NCBI GenBank assembly: GCA_038143125.1
Contig: JAYQLJ010000006.1
Location: 73,557-137,556 of the forward strand
Reading direction: 5' to 3'
DNA length: 64,000 nucleotides
Source of the DNA: Cryomorphaceae bacterium
GTDB lineage: Bacteria; Bacteroidota; Bacteroidia; Flavobacteriales; Schleiferiaceae
Shown here: one piece after another, positions 30,764 to 42,425 of the stretch
Layout of the letters: each line of letters begins with the position of its first letter
Position numbering within the stretch: the stretch's first letter is position 1
Program-made: the position numbers and the translations under genes
Notes under the pieces: model-generated
Told to the model about the DNA's origin: nothing
The model's database searches: none
The model's input: the letters and a program-made list of their open reading frames with translations, nothing else

Positions 30764-32038
30764 GATTTGGATTAACGGTTACCTTAATGCGTATCAATTT
30801 ACGCTGATCTACGCTCTCCACTTTAAAAGTGAACGCATCATAGGTGATTTCTTCGTTTTTCTCTAAAAATTTACCGGCCAATTCCAGCACTAGTCCGGCC
30901 AGTGAATCACTTTCTCCATCGACCGATTCGAAGATGTCCTTTGGAAGATCAAGCACCCGGCAAAAGTCAATCAGCGGCGTTTGCGCCTCGAAAACGTAGT
31001 TGTATTCGTCGAGTTTGCTGTAGACTAGATCGTCATCGTCAAATTCATCACTGATCTCCCCAACGATTTCCTCCAATACATCCTCAAGCGAAATTACCCC
31101 GGAGGTTCCTCCGAACTCGTCCACGACAATGGCTAAATGGATTCTTCGTTGCTGGAATTCTTTAAGTAGATCGTCAATTTTTTTGCTTTCCGGCACAAAA
31201 AACGGTAGACGAATTAAATCTTGCCATCCGAAATTATCGGAGGCATCCACATAAGGAAGTAGATCCTTTACATAGAGCAAGCCTTTGATTTGGTCCAATT
31301 GTTCTTCATATACCGGAATTCTCGAATATCCCTTATCCACAATATGGGCCAAGGTATCGTGAAATGGCGCCTTAATGTCTATGGCTATGACCGACGTACG
31401 CGGTGTCATTACTTCTTTAACTGTTGTTGAACCAAACCGGACGATGCCCTTTAATATGCGCTGCTCGTCTTCTGTGGTATGTTCATCAGTGGTCAATTCG
31501 AGCGCTTGTTCCAGATCGTCCACGCTCAGTGATGGTCCACGTCCCTCAATATTAATTCTATTGATGGTTTTACTGAGGCGCTTGCTGAGCGGCTTTAAGA
31601 TTTTGTGCAATCGAAAAATGAAGGGGACGACAAAGCGGGCAAAGTTTAATCGGGCCGTATTTGCATATACTTTCGGTAAAATCTCACCAAAGAGCAAGAG
31701 CACCCCAGTGATGGCCAGTATCTCAATAACAAAGGTCAATAAAGGACTCCAGAGTTCGGGCGAAAAAAAGTGTTGAGTAAAAACGTAGATAGGATAACGA
31801 TACCCACGTTTACGAAGTTGTTGGATATTAAAATAGTCCCGAGCAATTCTTCGGGTTGATTCAAAAGTGCCTTGATATTATTATGTCTTGGAGTGTCGTC
31901 CTCAAGTTCTTCAAGTTCTCCGGCGCCTAATGAGAAAAAAGCGACCTCCGAACCCGAAATCAAGGCAGATAGGAGCAAGAGTAAAATGAGCACAACGATG
32001 AATGCAATCCCTGTGATGGTGGAGGCGTCAATGCTCAA
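30753..32038 (-). CDS. gldE: gliding motility protein GldE (CNNM/DUF21 + CBS pair + CorC_HlyC), one frame break
   Basis: 31736-32038 (DUF21 TM part) and 30753-31739 (CBS and CorC_HlyC) are in different frames; synteny with gldD. Confidence 0.7.
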
Positions 32039-32093
32039 GAATTGTAGCAGTGTACTGGGGGCTCTGTTTCCAAATTACAAGTGTTCGTTCGAC

Positions 32094-32570
32094 TTAAAAG
32101 GGAAGGTCATCTTCCTCTTGATTATTAGCGGCAGACGGTGCGGGATTTCCCATGCTTTGAACAGGGGCCTGTTGTGCAGGGGCAGGAGCACCATAATTTG
32201 AACTGTCATCGTTTGACATGCCCTCGCCTTCAGCGCGTGAAGTAAGCATAGTCATTTGATTGACTTGAACATCCGTGGTATATCTATCCGCTCCCGATTG
32301 ATCTTGCCATTTACGAGTTTTGATCTTCCCTTCGAGATACACTTTGTGACCTTTCTTCAGGTACTTGTGTGCGACATCAGTCAATCCTTTCGCATTGATT
32401 ACGATGTTGTGCCATTCTGTATTAGTTACGCGTTGACCGTCGCGATTCGTGTACGTTTCTGAGGTTGCTAGTGGAAACTTTACAATAGAACCACCGTTAT
32501 CAAAATGAAGGATTTCCGGGTCTTTACCTAAATTTCCAATGAGCATTACTTTATTCAACGTACCGGCCAT
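32094..32570 (-). CDS. ssb: single-stranded DNA-binding protein
   Basis: MAGTLNKVMLIGNLGKDPE start at 32570; OB-fold core, Gly/Pro/Gln-rich linker and acidic tip EEDDLPF. Confidence 0.9.
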   Translation of the reverse strand: MAGTLNKVMLIGNLGKDPEILHFDNGGSIVKFPLATSETYTNRDGQRVTNTEWHNIVINAKGLTDVAHKYLKKGHKVYLEGKIKTRKWQDQSGADRYTTDVQVNQMTMLTSRAEGEGMSNDDSSNYGAPAPAQQAPVQSMGNPAPSAANNQEEDDLPF

Positions 32571-32598
32571 AAGCGAGTTTTTTGATTTTATCTTCATT

Positions 32599-32606
32599 CA
32601 AATTTA
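32599..32606 (-). promoter_or_regulatory. candidate -7 promoter box TAAATTTG for ssb
   Basis: TAnnTTTG match on the minus strand about 28 nt upstream of the ATG at 32570; argues against the track's longer start at 32597. Confidence 0.4.
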
Positions 32607-32625
32607 GGCAAATTTCGTCCTGGAT

Positions 32626-33614
32626 TTACAGCCTTTTCGTAACAAAGTCAGCAATGATAATAGGCATGCCTAATTGCTGAACCTCCTCTTTCGAGTAAAA
32701 GGAATAATCTCCCGTAATTTCGGTTTCAGACACTGCCCAAAAACTGCAATGCAGGTCCTTATGGGATAATTTATGCAGCACAGGTTCTTCGAGGAGCTGA
32801 CCATGCTCTGGTGCGTCATTAAGTTGCGGGAATTCGTACAATCCGGCCCAAATACCACCTGTTCCCCTCTTTCTCAGGGCCATCTTTTCTGCCTTTTGTA
32901 CGACGCCAAAGTGAAGGGTTTCTTTGGTGCGTTTTCCTTTTTGAGTTTCACAGGCAACGTTCCTACCGAGCCGGTATTGAAGGCATGGCAGGTGTCGTTG
33001 AGCGGGCAGTACATGCAATTCGGCTTTTGGGCGTGCAAAGTAGGGCCCCGAATTCCATAATTCCTTGATTATACTGGTCAGGGTGTTTGGTTCCTTAATG
33101 CATTCGTTTGCTAAATTTTGAAACTCTTTTGTCCTGCGGAACTGTTCGTGGCTGTATGGATTCCGAAATAACGGCTCAGAACTCGGTAAACATTTCCATC
33201 GACCACGCCGATTTTCTCTTGAAAGCAGATGCTGGCTATTGCAGCAGCGGTATAAGGTCCAATTCCCTTAATGTTCAAAAGCTCCTTATACTGTTCGGGC
33301 AATTGGCCGTGGTATTCAGCGACAATTTGTTTGGCCCCTTTTTGAAGGTTACGGGCCCTATTGTAGTAGCCTAATCCGGTCCAGAGTGCGAGTAATTTGT
33401 CTTCTTCGGCATCGGCTAAAGCTGCTATGGTGGGGAAAGCTGCCAATATTTTATGGTAGTAAGGCGTGCCTTGCGCAACACGAGTCTGTTGCAAAATGAT
33501 TTCGCTTAACCAGACTTCGTAAGGCACGGGGGCTTCTTTACGCCAAGGTAAATCCCTTTTGTGCGTAGAATAGTATTCTTCTATGCTGATTCTGAAGCGG
33601 TTAAATCTATCCAT
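32626..33614 (-). CDS. mutY: A/G-specific adenine glycosylase, at least two frame breaks
   Basis: 33111-33614 encodes the HhH-GPD domain (LPWRKE..PYEVWLSEIILQQTRV, GLGYYNRARNL, IKGIGPYTAAAIASI); 32626-33018 encodes the NUDIX-like C-terminal domain (GIWAGLYEFPQ); the Fe-S loop region 33018-33111 lies in another frame. Confidence 0.85.
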
Positions 33615-33675
33615 GGTTCCGTTGAAGGGTTAAGATAATTTTATTCTTCATGGCTGTAAATAAGGAAAGTAGGTG

Positions 33676-33683
33676 TATATTTG
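33676..33683 (+). promoter_or_regulatory. candidate -7 promoter box TATATTTG for the HU gene
   Basis: Exact TAnnTTTG match 47 nt upstream of the ATG at 33730. Confidence 0.45.
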
Positions 33684-33729
33684 CGCCCCTCATTAACCAA
33701 GTCCGAAAGGACCTAAAAATACAGAGCAA

Positions 33730-34020
33730 ATGACTAAAGCAGATATCGTTACTAAGATTTCTGATAAAACAGGAATGGAGAGAGGTGATGTACAAGCAGT
33801 TGTAGAGAGCTTCATGAAAGAAATCAAGCACAGTCTAGAAGATGGCAGCAATGTTTACTTGAGAGGATTCGGTTCTTTCATCGTTAAAAAACGTGCTCAA
33901 AAGACTGGTCGTAACATTTCGAAAAACACAACCATCGTCATACCAGCTCATTACATACCAGCTTTCAAGCCTGCGAAAGTATTCGTTGAAGGTGTGAAGG
34001 ATAACGTACCTGTAGAATAA
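33730..34020 (+). CDS. HU/IHF family DNA-binding protein
   Basis: Intact 96-aa ORF; MTKADIV..., RGFGSFIVKKRAQKTGRNISKNTTIVIPAHYIPAFKP. Confidence 0.9.
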   Translation: MTKADIVTKISDKTGMERGDVQAVVESFMKEIKHSLEDGSNVYLRGFGSFIVKKRAQKTGRNISKNTTIVIPAHYIPAFKPAKVFVEGVKDNVPVE

Positions 34021-34021
34021 G

Positions 34022-34486
34022 TTGAAGAAAAGCACAGTCATAGCATTCTTAGTCGCTGTTGTATTCGCAGTAGTTCTTTGGCAATTACCGAGAACGCCGC
34101 ATCAGGATACACCAGAAATTGCTTCTGAAGAAGGCAATCCTTTAGACGCGAAGGTGGATGAAGCGGTAGCCATTATTCAGAATGGTGAAGGAGCGCCTAT
34201 GCAGGCCATAGGAATGTTGTTAGAAGTGCTAAGAGAAGACCCGAATCACGAAAAAGCGTTGCTTTGGTTGGGTAACTTTTCTATGATGAGTGGTCAGTGG
34301 GACAAAGCAGTGGATCGTTTTCACCAGTTGAGTCAGTTGCACCCCGAAAATGAAATATATACGTTGAATAAAGCACAAGCCTTACTTCAGGTAGGAGATA
34401 CGGCAGCAGCTTTGTTGAGCGCGAATAACTATTTGAACACATATCCAGAAGCGAATCGAATCAAAGATTTTGCGGAGGGTTTATAG
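34022..34486 (+). CDS. tetratricopeptide-repeat protein with N-terminal membrane anchor
   Basis: 154-aa ORF (TTG start per track); TM helix VIAFLVAVVFAVVLW then TPR-like helices. Confidence 0.55.
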   Translation: MKKSTVIAFLVAVVFAVVLWQLPRTPHQDTPEIASEEGNPLDAKVDEAVAIIQNGEGAPMQAIGMLLEVLREDPNHEKALLWLGNFSMMSGQWDKAVDRFHQLSQLHPENEIYTLNKAQALLQVGDTAAALLSANNYLNTYPEANRIKDFAEGL

Positions 34487-34513
34487 AATTAATAACACTA
34501 AAAACTTAGCATT

Positions 34514-34603
34514 ATGCCAAGCGGTAAAAAACGTAAAAGACATAAGATTGCTACGCACAAGCGTAAGAAGCGTCTAAGAAAGAATCGTCACAAGAAGAAG
34601 TAA
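34514..34603 (+). CDS. 29-aa highly basic peptide, probable small ribosomal protein (bS22/Thx-like)
   Basis: ATG 34514 to TAA 34601-34603: MPSGKKRKRHKIATHKRKKRLRKNRHKKK*; below track cutoff; sits between the TPR gene and rng. Confidence 0.6.
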   Translation: MPSGKKRKRHKIATHKRKKRLRKNRHKKK

Positions 34604-34614
34604 GCTTCTAGTGT

Positions 34615-36137
34615 ATGAAAACAGAATTAGTCATAAGTGCTAGTTCTGACCAAGCAGATATTGCATTACTTGAAGACGGAAGACTTCAGGAATTGATCAA
34701 GGAAAAAGGAGATGATAGCTTCTCCGTTGGCGATGTCTATTTAGGCACTGTCAAAAAGCTGGCAACCGGCCTTAATGCCGCGTTCGTAGATGTAGGTTAC
34801 GAGAAGGATGCATTCCTTCATTACCACGATCTAGGCCCGCAGATAAAATCTTGGCAAACCTATCTCCGTCGCACCCTGAAAGGCAAGCAACTAAGTAATA
34901 TCACCAACTTCAAAGCAGAACCCAACATTGAAAAAGAGGGTAATATTGGTGATGTACTTAAGCAAGGTGATCTTATCCTCGTTCAAATAACGAAGGAGCC
35001 CATTTCAACGAAAGGGCCTAGAATCACAGCTGAGCTTAGTATAGCAGGGCGCTTTGTAGTGCTAGTTCCCTTTTCTAATCGCGTTAGTGTGAGTCAAAAG
35101 ATTCGCGAGCGTGATGAAAAAGATAGACTTAAAAAATTGGTCAGAAGCATCAAGCCGAAAGGCTTTGGTGTCATTATACGCACTGTCGCGAAAGGACAGA
35201 GCGCAGAAGAACTGCAGTCAGATTTAGATAACCTGGTACGCAAGTGGTCACAACTCCACAAGGGTATTAAACGTTCTAATAAGCCACTGAGAATCTTCCG
35301 CGAAATGAACAGGGCTAGCGCATTTTTGCGCGATGTCTTCAATGAATCGTTTGCTTCAATCACAATCGATAACAAGGAATTGTGTGAAGAGGTAAAGGAT
35401 TACCTCGATGAAATCAAACCCGGCGCTTCTAAAATGGTGAAAGAGTACAGCGGTCAAATGCCGTTGTTCCAGTTTTCCAGTGTAGATCGTCAAATCAAAG
35501 GTGCCTTCGGTCGCAGCGTAAGCATGACCAAAGGAGCCTACCTCATTATAGAGCACACCGAAGCCATGCATGTGGTTGATGTGAATTCTGGTAATCGCAC
35601 CAATACTGCGGATAATCAGGAGTCAAATGCCCTTCAGGTGAATTTATTGGCAGCCGTAGAAGTGGCGCGTCAATTGCGTTTGAGAGATATGGGAGGTATT
35701 GTGGTTATCGATTTTATCGATATGAACAGTGCGGAGAACCGCAAAGCAGTGTACGAGAAAATGCTCGAAGAAATGAAGCGTGATCGTGCTCGCCACATAA
35801 AATTCTGCCTATTTCAAGGTTTGGTCTAATGGAACTCACACGTCAGCGTGTGCGTCCTGAAACAAACATTATAACGCGCGAAGAAAACCCGGATAATTTG
35901 GTGGAAGCACCTATTCAGGTTATTGACGCTATGGCTTCAAAATTGGCTCAGATAGAATTACGTGAGGTGTATGTACACGTTCATCCATTCATCGAGGCTT
36001 ATTTAACGAAAGGACTCTTTGGCAGTATTAAAAAGTCCTGGCAAAAGAAGTTGCGTAAAAAGATTGTTGTGGTTCCTCGCGATGCATTTACCATGTTAGA
36101 GTGGAAAATGATGGATAAGGATAACAACACCTTATAA
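34615..36137 (+). CDS. rng: ribonuclease E/G family protein, one frame break
   Basis: 34615-35829 (S1 domain GDVYLGTVKKLATGLNAAFVDVGYEKDAFLH, catalytic core) and 35829-36137 are in different frames. Confidence 0.85.
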
Positions 36138-36158
36138 AAAACAGTAAACAGTGAAGAG

Positions 36159-36198
36159 AAAAACCCACCGTTGGCTTATGTCGACTGTGGGTTTTTTT
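36159..36198 (+). terminator. intrinsic terminator after rng
   Basis: AAACCCAC...GTGGGTTTTTTT hairpin with a T7 run. Confidence 0.7.
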
Positions 36199-36211
36199 GT
36201 TATTTAATAGC

Positions 36212-36655
36212 ATGACAACTTCGGAAGCATTACAAAAACTACAGCGATTTTGCGCGTATCAAGAGCGAAGCCCGTTTGAGGTGGAGCGAAAGTTACAGCA
36301 GTTGGGTTTGCCTAGAGATCGGCACGAAGAGGTTGTGGCTCAGCTCATGGCTGATAATTTTTTAGACGAATACCGTTTTACGGAAGCGTTTACACGAGGG
36401 AAATTGAACCAAAAGCAATGGGCACCGCGACGTATTCGCATGGGCTTACAAGAGCACAGAATTCCCAGAGTGACCATCGATCGTATCCTGGGGCAAATAG
36501 ATCAGGATCTAGTCGCATCTAATGCACGCTATCTCGTTGAGCGCTGGTTTGAGTCTAAGTCTAAAGAAAAACTAACGGCTGCTTTACAACGACGTGGTTA
36601 TGCCTTTGAATTAATTGCATCGACTTATGATGCAGTTCGAAATCAACGCGGTTAA
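36212..36655 (+). CDS. recX: regulatory protein RecX
   Basis: Start MTTSEALQKLQRFCAYQERSPFEVERKLQQLGL; three-helix-repeat RecX pattern. Confidence 0.7.
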   Translation: MTTSEALQKLQRFCAYQERSPFEVERKLQQLGLPRDRHEEVVAQLMADNFLDEYRFTEAFTRGKLNQKQWAPRRIRMGLQEHRIPRVTIDRILGQIDQDLVASNARYLVERWFESKSKEKLTAALQRRGYAFELIASTYDAVRNQRG

Positions 36656-36694
36656 AGAGGATAAGCCTATTTCTTAGCTCGATTAAGTGGGTCC

Positions 36695-36861
36695 CTAACC
36701 CTTCCAAGTGCCGCCGTAGCGGTAGTGGCTGTTCCCAGGTTTGACCTCCAAAACGCATGCTTCACAGAGGAAGTACCAGGTTTTGTCAGCAGGTTTGCAT
36801 TGTACCTGAACATAACAGTATGTTCCTCGTTGCAGTGCGGACACTTCTTTACTTTCCCCAT
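36695..36861 (-). CDS. small CxxC...CxxC zinc-ribbon protein (about 55 aa), one frame break
   Basis: MGKVKKCPHCNEEHTVMF then, after a 1-nt shift near 36805, VQCKPADKTWYFLCEACVLEVKPGNSHYRYGGTWKG*; the track ORF 36667-36861 reads the wrong frame after residue 18. Confidence 0.45.
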
Positions 36862-36873
36862 CGGTTGTGAAAA

Positions 36874-37892
36874 CTAATAGGTCCTTAAGACGGACTTTAC
36901 TTCCTTTAGGTGTTCAGGGGTAACATCAAGGTGGAAGACCATGCGGCACTTTCCTGGCCCCATCTGGCTAATGCCAATTCCCTTCTCTGCTAAGGTGCTG
37001 ATGAATGCTTCCTGGTCCATATCCTCGTTCAATCCAAAGATCAAGATGTTGGTTTCTGGGGCTACCACATTTTTTACCCAAGATTGCTGGCCTAAAAACT
37101 CAGCCATATCCTTAGCAGCGGCGTGGTCCTCGGCTAAACGATCCACGTTATTTTCCAGCGCATAGATGGCTGCACCGGCTAAGAATCCGGCCTGTCTCCA
37201 TCCTCCTCCGATCCGTTTACGAATTCGTTTTGCATGTGCGATAAAGGCTTCGTTTCCTAAAAGTATAGATCCAACAGGAGCGCCTAGCCCTTTGGACAAG
37301 CAAATAGAAATAGTGTCAAAGGCAGCGCCGTAATCACTTTCGCTATGGTTTTTAGCAATCAATGCATTGTAGAGTCGAGCGCCGTCAAGGTGAAACAAGA
37401 GTCCGTTTTTACTAGCTACTGCACGTAATGCTTCAATCTCCTCCCATTCGTAGCAGGTGCCTCCACCTTTATTCGAGGTGTTTTCAACCGCTAAAACTCT
37501 AGATTTAGGGAAGTGTATATCATCAGCTTTCAAACAGGAAAGAACACCTCTGGATGCATAATACCACGATCGTCTCCAGTAAAGGCCACAGAGGCGTGCG
37601 CGTTTGCTGCAATTCCTCCACCTTCATAGTTGTAGATGTGGGCATAGGGGTGGCAAATCACTTCGTCACCCGGACTTAGGTGTGACATTAACGCAATCTG
37701 GTTTGCTTGGGTTCCTGAGACACAGAAAAGAGATCCGTCCATGCCAAAGCGCTCTGCCATCAAGGATTCGAGGTGTTTTACGGTCGGGTCGTCACCGAGG
37801 ACATCATCGCCAACAGGGCTCTCCATCATGGCCTTTTTCATCGCGTCGCTGGGGCGAGTAACAGTGTCGCTGCGAAGGTCAACAGTAAACAT
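36874..37892 (-). CDS. ltaE: low-specificity L-threonine aldolase, one frame break
   Basis: 37530-37892 (DLRSDTVTRPSDAMKKAM, GDDVLGDDPTV) and 36874-37533 are in different frames. Confidence 0.8.
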
Positions 37893-37935
37893 AAATGCAT
37901 CTTTTAGATTGTACGTGAAGATAAGAAGGGTTGCT

Positions 37936-37943
37936 TAACTTTG
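37936..37943 (+). promoter_or_regulatory. candidate -7 promoter box TAACTTTG immediately upstream of prfB
   Basis: TAnnTTTG match ending 7 nt before the ATG at 37950. Confidence 0.3.
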
Positions 37944-39056
37944 TTCCATATGGTTACAGCAGAGCAGATAAAATCTTTAGGCGAGCGATTGGAACGACTC
38001 GAAACCTATCTCAACTTAGAACAGAAGAGAATACACATCATAAACGAAGAGGAAAAGACCGCTTCACCAGAGTTTTGGGACGATCCGAAGCAAGCAGAAA
38101 TCACCATGAAAGCTTTACGTCAGGTTAAGTTTTGGGTAGAGGGGTTCGAGAAGGCTCAAACGCTTTTTGGCGAAGCGGAGCTAAGCCTTGAATTTCACAA
38201 AGAAGGGGAATTAGACGAAAAGGATGTCGAAGAGGCTTTTACGGCGTGTGAGGACTGGATTGAAGAATTGGAGTTCAAAAACATGCTCAGCGGCGAAGAA
38301 GATAAGCTGAGTGCTGTGCTGCAGATTACCGCGGGAGCAGGAGGAACGGAGAGTTGTGATTGGGCCAGTATGCTGATGCGCATGTATCTGATGTACGCGG
38401 AAAAGCAAGGGTTCAAGACGAAGGAATTGGTGCTTCAAGAAGGCGATGTTGCAGGGATTAAAACCGTGACTATCGAGGTTGAGGGTGATTTCGCATTTGG
38501 CTTTTTGAAAGGCGAAAATGGCGTACACCGACTCGTGCGTATTTCCCCGTTTGACTCGAATGCCAAGCGTCATACCAGTTTCGTTTCGGTGTATGTGTTC
38601 CCATTAGTGGATGATACCATCGATATTAAGATCAACATGAGTGACATTACTTGGGATACGTTCCGTTCTTCTGGAGCAGGTGGTCAGAACGTGAATAAAG
38701 TGGAGACCGGTGTCCGATTACGACACAAGCCGACAGGCATTATCATTGAGAATACAGAAACGCGCTCGCAGTTGGGGAACAAGGAGAAAGCCATTCAGCT
38801 TTTGAAATCGCAGTTGTACGAGATGGAGATCGAAGCGCGCAATGCAAAACGTGCTGAGATAGAGGCTGGGAAAAAGAAGATTGAGTGGGGGTCGCAGATT
38901 CGTAACTACGTGATGCACCCGTATAAATTGGTCAAAGATGTGCGCACGGCAGAGGAGACCTCTGATGTCGATGGCGTAATGAACGGGAATATCGAACGAT
39001 TCCTTAAGGCATTCTTGATGAAGCAGGGCGAGAGCGTGAACGCTGATGAATATTAA
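37941..39056 (+). CDS. prfB: peptide chain release factor 2, uninterrupted (no programmed +1 frameshift site)
   Basis: Intact ORF; SPF tripeptide ([15 protein letters not shown]) and GGQ ([11 protein letters not shown]); likely true start is ATG 37950 (MVTAEQ); the region equivalent to the E. coli CUU UGA C site reads TAT CTC AAC TTA in frame. Confidence 0.9.
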   Translation: MFHMVTAEQIKSLGERLERLETYLNLEQKRIHIINEEEKTASPEFWDDPKQAEITMKALRQVKFWVEGFEKAQTLFGEAELSLEFHKEGELDEKDVEEAFTACEDWIEELEFKNMLSGEEDKLSAVLQITAGAGGTESCDWASMLMRMYLMYAEKQGFKTKELVLQEGDVAGIKTVTIEVEGDFAFGFLKGENGVHRLVRISPFDSNAKRHTSFVSVYVFPLVDDTIDIKINMSDITWDTFRSSGAGGQNVNKVETGVRLRHKPTGIIIENTETRSQLGNKEKAIQLLKSQLYEMEIEARNAKRAEIEAGKKKIEWGSQIRNYVMHPYKLVKDVRTAEETSDVDGVMNGNIERFLKAFLMKQGESVNADEY

Positions 39057-39134
39057 AAAAGCATTGAGTAATCGCCTTTGTTGAATGCACAATAGTGGGT
39101 GGATGCTGTTAGTATAGTAGTTATCTTGCTAACT

Positions 39135-42100
39135 ATGCGCAATTTGAAATTATTTCTTGCCTTAATATGGACGCTGCCATTGGTGGCGCAGCAGGGTTTT
39201 GTGCACAATGAAGGCCAGTGGCAGGAGCCATTTAGCTTTAAAATCCAATTGGGCCCTAACAGCCTATTTCTAACACCAGATTCTCTAGTACTTTCTGTTT
39301 TAGATCCTTCAGATTTTCATAGTGCGCACATCGGCGAACATCATCACTATTCAGATACACTTCATTACCATCATTTTTCAATGGTTTTTAACGCTTCTCA
39401 AACCATGCAGTGGTTCGGGAAGACCCTTATGATGCACCCTTGAGTTATTTTGTGGGTAAGCAGGATTTTTGGCGCTCAGGCGTACAGTCGTTTCATAAAG
39501 TGCGTGCCAGGAATGTTTATCCAGGTATTGATTTAGTGGTATATGAAGCAGCCGGTGGTTTTAAGTTTGACTGGGAGCTTGCCGCCGGTGCTGATCCGGA
39601 ACAGATTTCTATTGCTTATCATGGATTAGACGGTTGGCAGGTGAAGGGGAAAGAATTGATCCTTCAGACCCGGTTTGGATCCCTTGTGGAGGAGATGCCT
39701 TATGCGCTTCAAGAGGCGCGAACTGTCCGGGCCCGTTACAAAGAGGTAAATGGAAATTTGGGCTATGATTTGGGCCGATTCCAACGCGATGAACCGCTCA
39801 CCATCGACCCCATTTATATTTTCAGCACTTACACCGGCAGTTCCGTAGACAACTTCGGGTATACAGCGACCTTTGACGACAGCAGTAATGCTATAGGTGG
39901 GGGTATAGCTTTTGGAATAGGTTATCCTACTACTCTAGGTGCGGTGGATCTAAGTTTCAATGGGGGCGTTTTTGATGTGGCCATCAGTAAATTTTCTGCC
40001 GACGGTTCCCAATTACTTTGGTCTACCTACCTCGGCGGATCTAATCTGGATCAACCCTACAGCATGGATTGCGACGAAAACGGCAACGTATACATCTTGG
40101 GTTCTACGGGTTCAGATGATTTCGGAGTTACCGCGACTGCCTACGATACTTCATTTGCGGGTGGGGCTTCTATTACTGCGGAATATTACACTTTCAATCA
40201 GGGTACAGATCTCTTTGTTTCAAAAATAAATGCAGCAGGTAATCAGCTGGTCGGTTCTACCTACATAGGTGGCGCCGGTAGTGATGGTATCAATGACAGT
40301 CTGCGCTTTAACTACGGCGATAGTTTCCGTGGCGAGATCGAAGTCCAGCGCAACGGCGGTGCGGTATATTTTGTGAGCAGTACATTCAGCAGTTCGTACC
40401 CAACTATAGTGCCTGCTACCTCGCATCAAGGCGGTCAAGACGGCGTCATTAGTGTATTAAACAGAAACCTAACCCAGCTACTGGCCAGTACGTATGTCGG
40501 TACCTCTGGTAATGAGGCTTTATACAGTATCGCTCTTGCGGATAAGCAAGGCCTGAATTTTCCATCACCGTCCTTCAAGTTCACACCTTTTTATGTTGCA
40601 GGTTCCATAGGACCCAGCACCGATTCTTCCATTGCTATGGGTTGGCTCAACCCCGCTTATGATTACAGCATACCTGTAAGTAGTGACCAAGACGCCTTAT
40701 TATTATCCGGCTACCTTGGTCCTTTCAGGGGTAGGTACGGGCAATTATATAGCCATGAGTGCCGTAGATGTTCAGGCCGACAGTGGTTACAATCAGCATT
40801 TCTTTGTGGAGACACACAGTGAAACGGATACAGCCAGTGTGGTCACCGTAGTAGGTCAGCACAAAGGCGGATTAGTGGCCGATTCGCTGACTTGGGGTCA
40901 GCCAGGTAGTGCACAGTATTTTCAGCGCTACAAGCAAGACGGAAATTCGGGTTTCATCAAGCTTAAAACGGCAGTTTGGGGTGATAGCTCCCATGCTACC
41001 GTAGATGTCAGTCCTACAGCTCTACTGGTGGACGATTGCGGCAATACGTATTTCTCCGGTTGGGGCGGATCGCCCAATCCAGAGGGGAATACCGAGAATA
41101 TGGCGCTAAGTGCGAATGCGTTTCAAACCACTACCGACGGAAGGGACTTTTATTTTTTAGTGCTAGATCCGGATTGGAAGTCACCGCGATTAGCCACTTA
41201 TTTCGGTGGTACGGGACGCGAGCATGTAGATGGAGGTACCTCTCGTTTTGACCGGACGGGTAGAATTTTCCAGGCGGTATGTGCAGGTTGTGGCGGAACA
41301 TCCACGTATCCTTCTTTTCCTAATAATGTATACGCGAGCAGCAACGGTTCGTCCAATTGTAACCTGGCAGTCACAGTCATTGATTTGGATGTTCAGAATG
41401 CGCGCGTTTCCGTGCAGCCCGATCCGCCCGTCTTCTGCTTGCCTAACACATTTTCAATCTTAGATTCCAGCATTAATGTTCAGGATTTTACCGTGTATTG
41501 GGGGGATGGAAACACGACCACGAATAGTTCACTTCAGGGAGGGCATGTGTACGCCTCGCCGGGCACTTATCCTGTACAGGTTATCGGTCACGATACCATT
41601 TGTGATACTTGGGATACAGCCACCTTTACGGTTCAAGTCAATCCTGCTTACGATTCTGTGTATACCTTATATACTTACGATTTTTGTGATCCGCTTCGCG
41701 GGGTTACGGCCCAATTAATACATGCCAGCGACTCCACATTAGTAACGGATCGCATTTTGGATTGGACCATTTCGGGCGCAACATTTACTACCCCCAGGTG
41801 ATCACCAATCTTCCTTCGGCGGGCTACAATGTCATCACCCTTACCACTGTGGATACGGTCTGTAATGTCGTGCAATCCTTTACGGACACCTTGTTTTTTA
41901 GATTACCGCCGTATTTGAATATGATCAGCGATCCTGAAGAGTGTACTTCGGACGAAACTGTTGATTTTATTCCAGTATTCAATTCGGTGTTCCAGGGACA
42001 CAGCTGGCTGGTCAATAGTGTGGATCAGGGTAGTGCTAATCCGCTTCAGATTGCACAGTCGGGCATCTATGAAATTTCCATTGTGGGTTACGACAGCATT

Positions 42101-42424
42101 TGTGGTACCTCAGATACCTTGACAGCGACTTATGACATCTTCTTTGCTCAGGAACCCTTTACCGTACCTAACGTCATCACCCCGAACGGGGATAATGTGA
42201 ACGATCGGTGGACCATTAATACGAATGAAGATTGGGACCGATTCCACGTCATTTTATTTAATCGTTGGGGAATAAAGGTTTTTGAAACCAATGCGCCCAC
42301 GTTTAATTGGGGCGCAGATTACGATGGCGAAATTCTCACTCCAGGTGTGTATTTTTACCAAGTCGAAGCGGAGAATAGATGCGGCATCACCTCAGAAGAA
42401 GGAACCTTACACATAACCTATTAA
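39135..42424 (+). CDS. large secreted beta-propeller-repeat/PKD protein with type B T9SS (gliding motility-associated) C-terminal domain; three frame breaks
   Basis: ORFs 39099-39443, 39410-40822, 40683-41801 and 41762-42424 are in different frames; signal peptide MRNLKLFLALIWTLPLVAQQ; repeated STYLGGS/STYIGGAG beta-propeller motifs; PKD-like YWGDGNTT; C-terminus PNVITPNGDNVNDRW...GVYFYQVEA. Confidence 0.75.
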
Positions 42425-42425
42425 T

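Noticed and set aside
37941-38100. Expected programmed +1 frameshift site in prfB
   Set aside because: The frame is continuous (..[17 protein letters not shown]..). The position equivalent to CUU UGA C reads TAT CTC AAC TTA with no in-frame stop, so this is a non-frameshifting RF2 gene, as occurs in a minority of bacteria.
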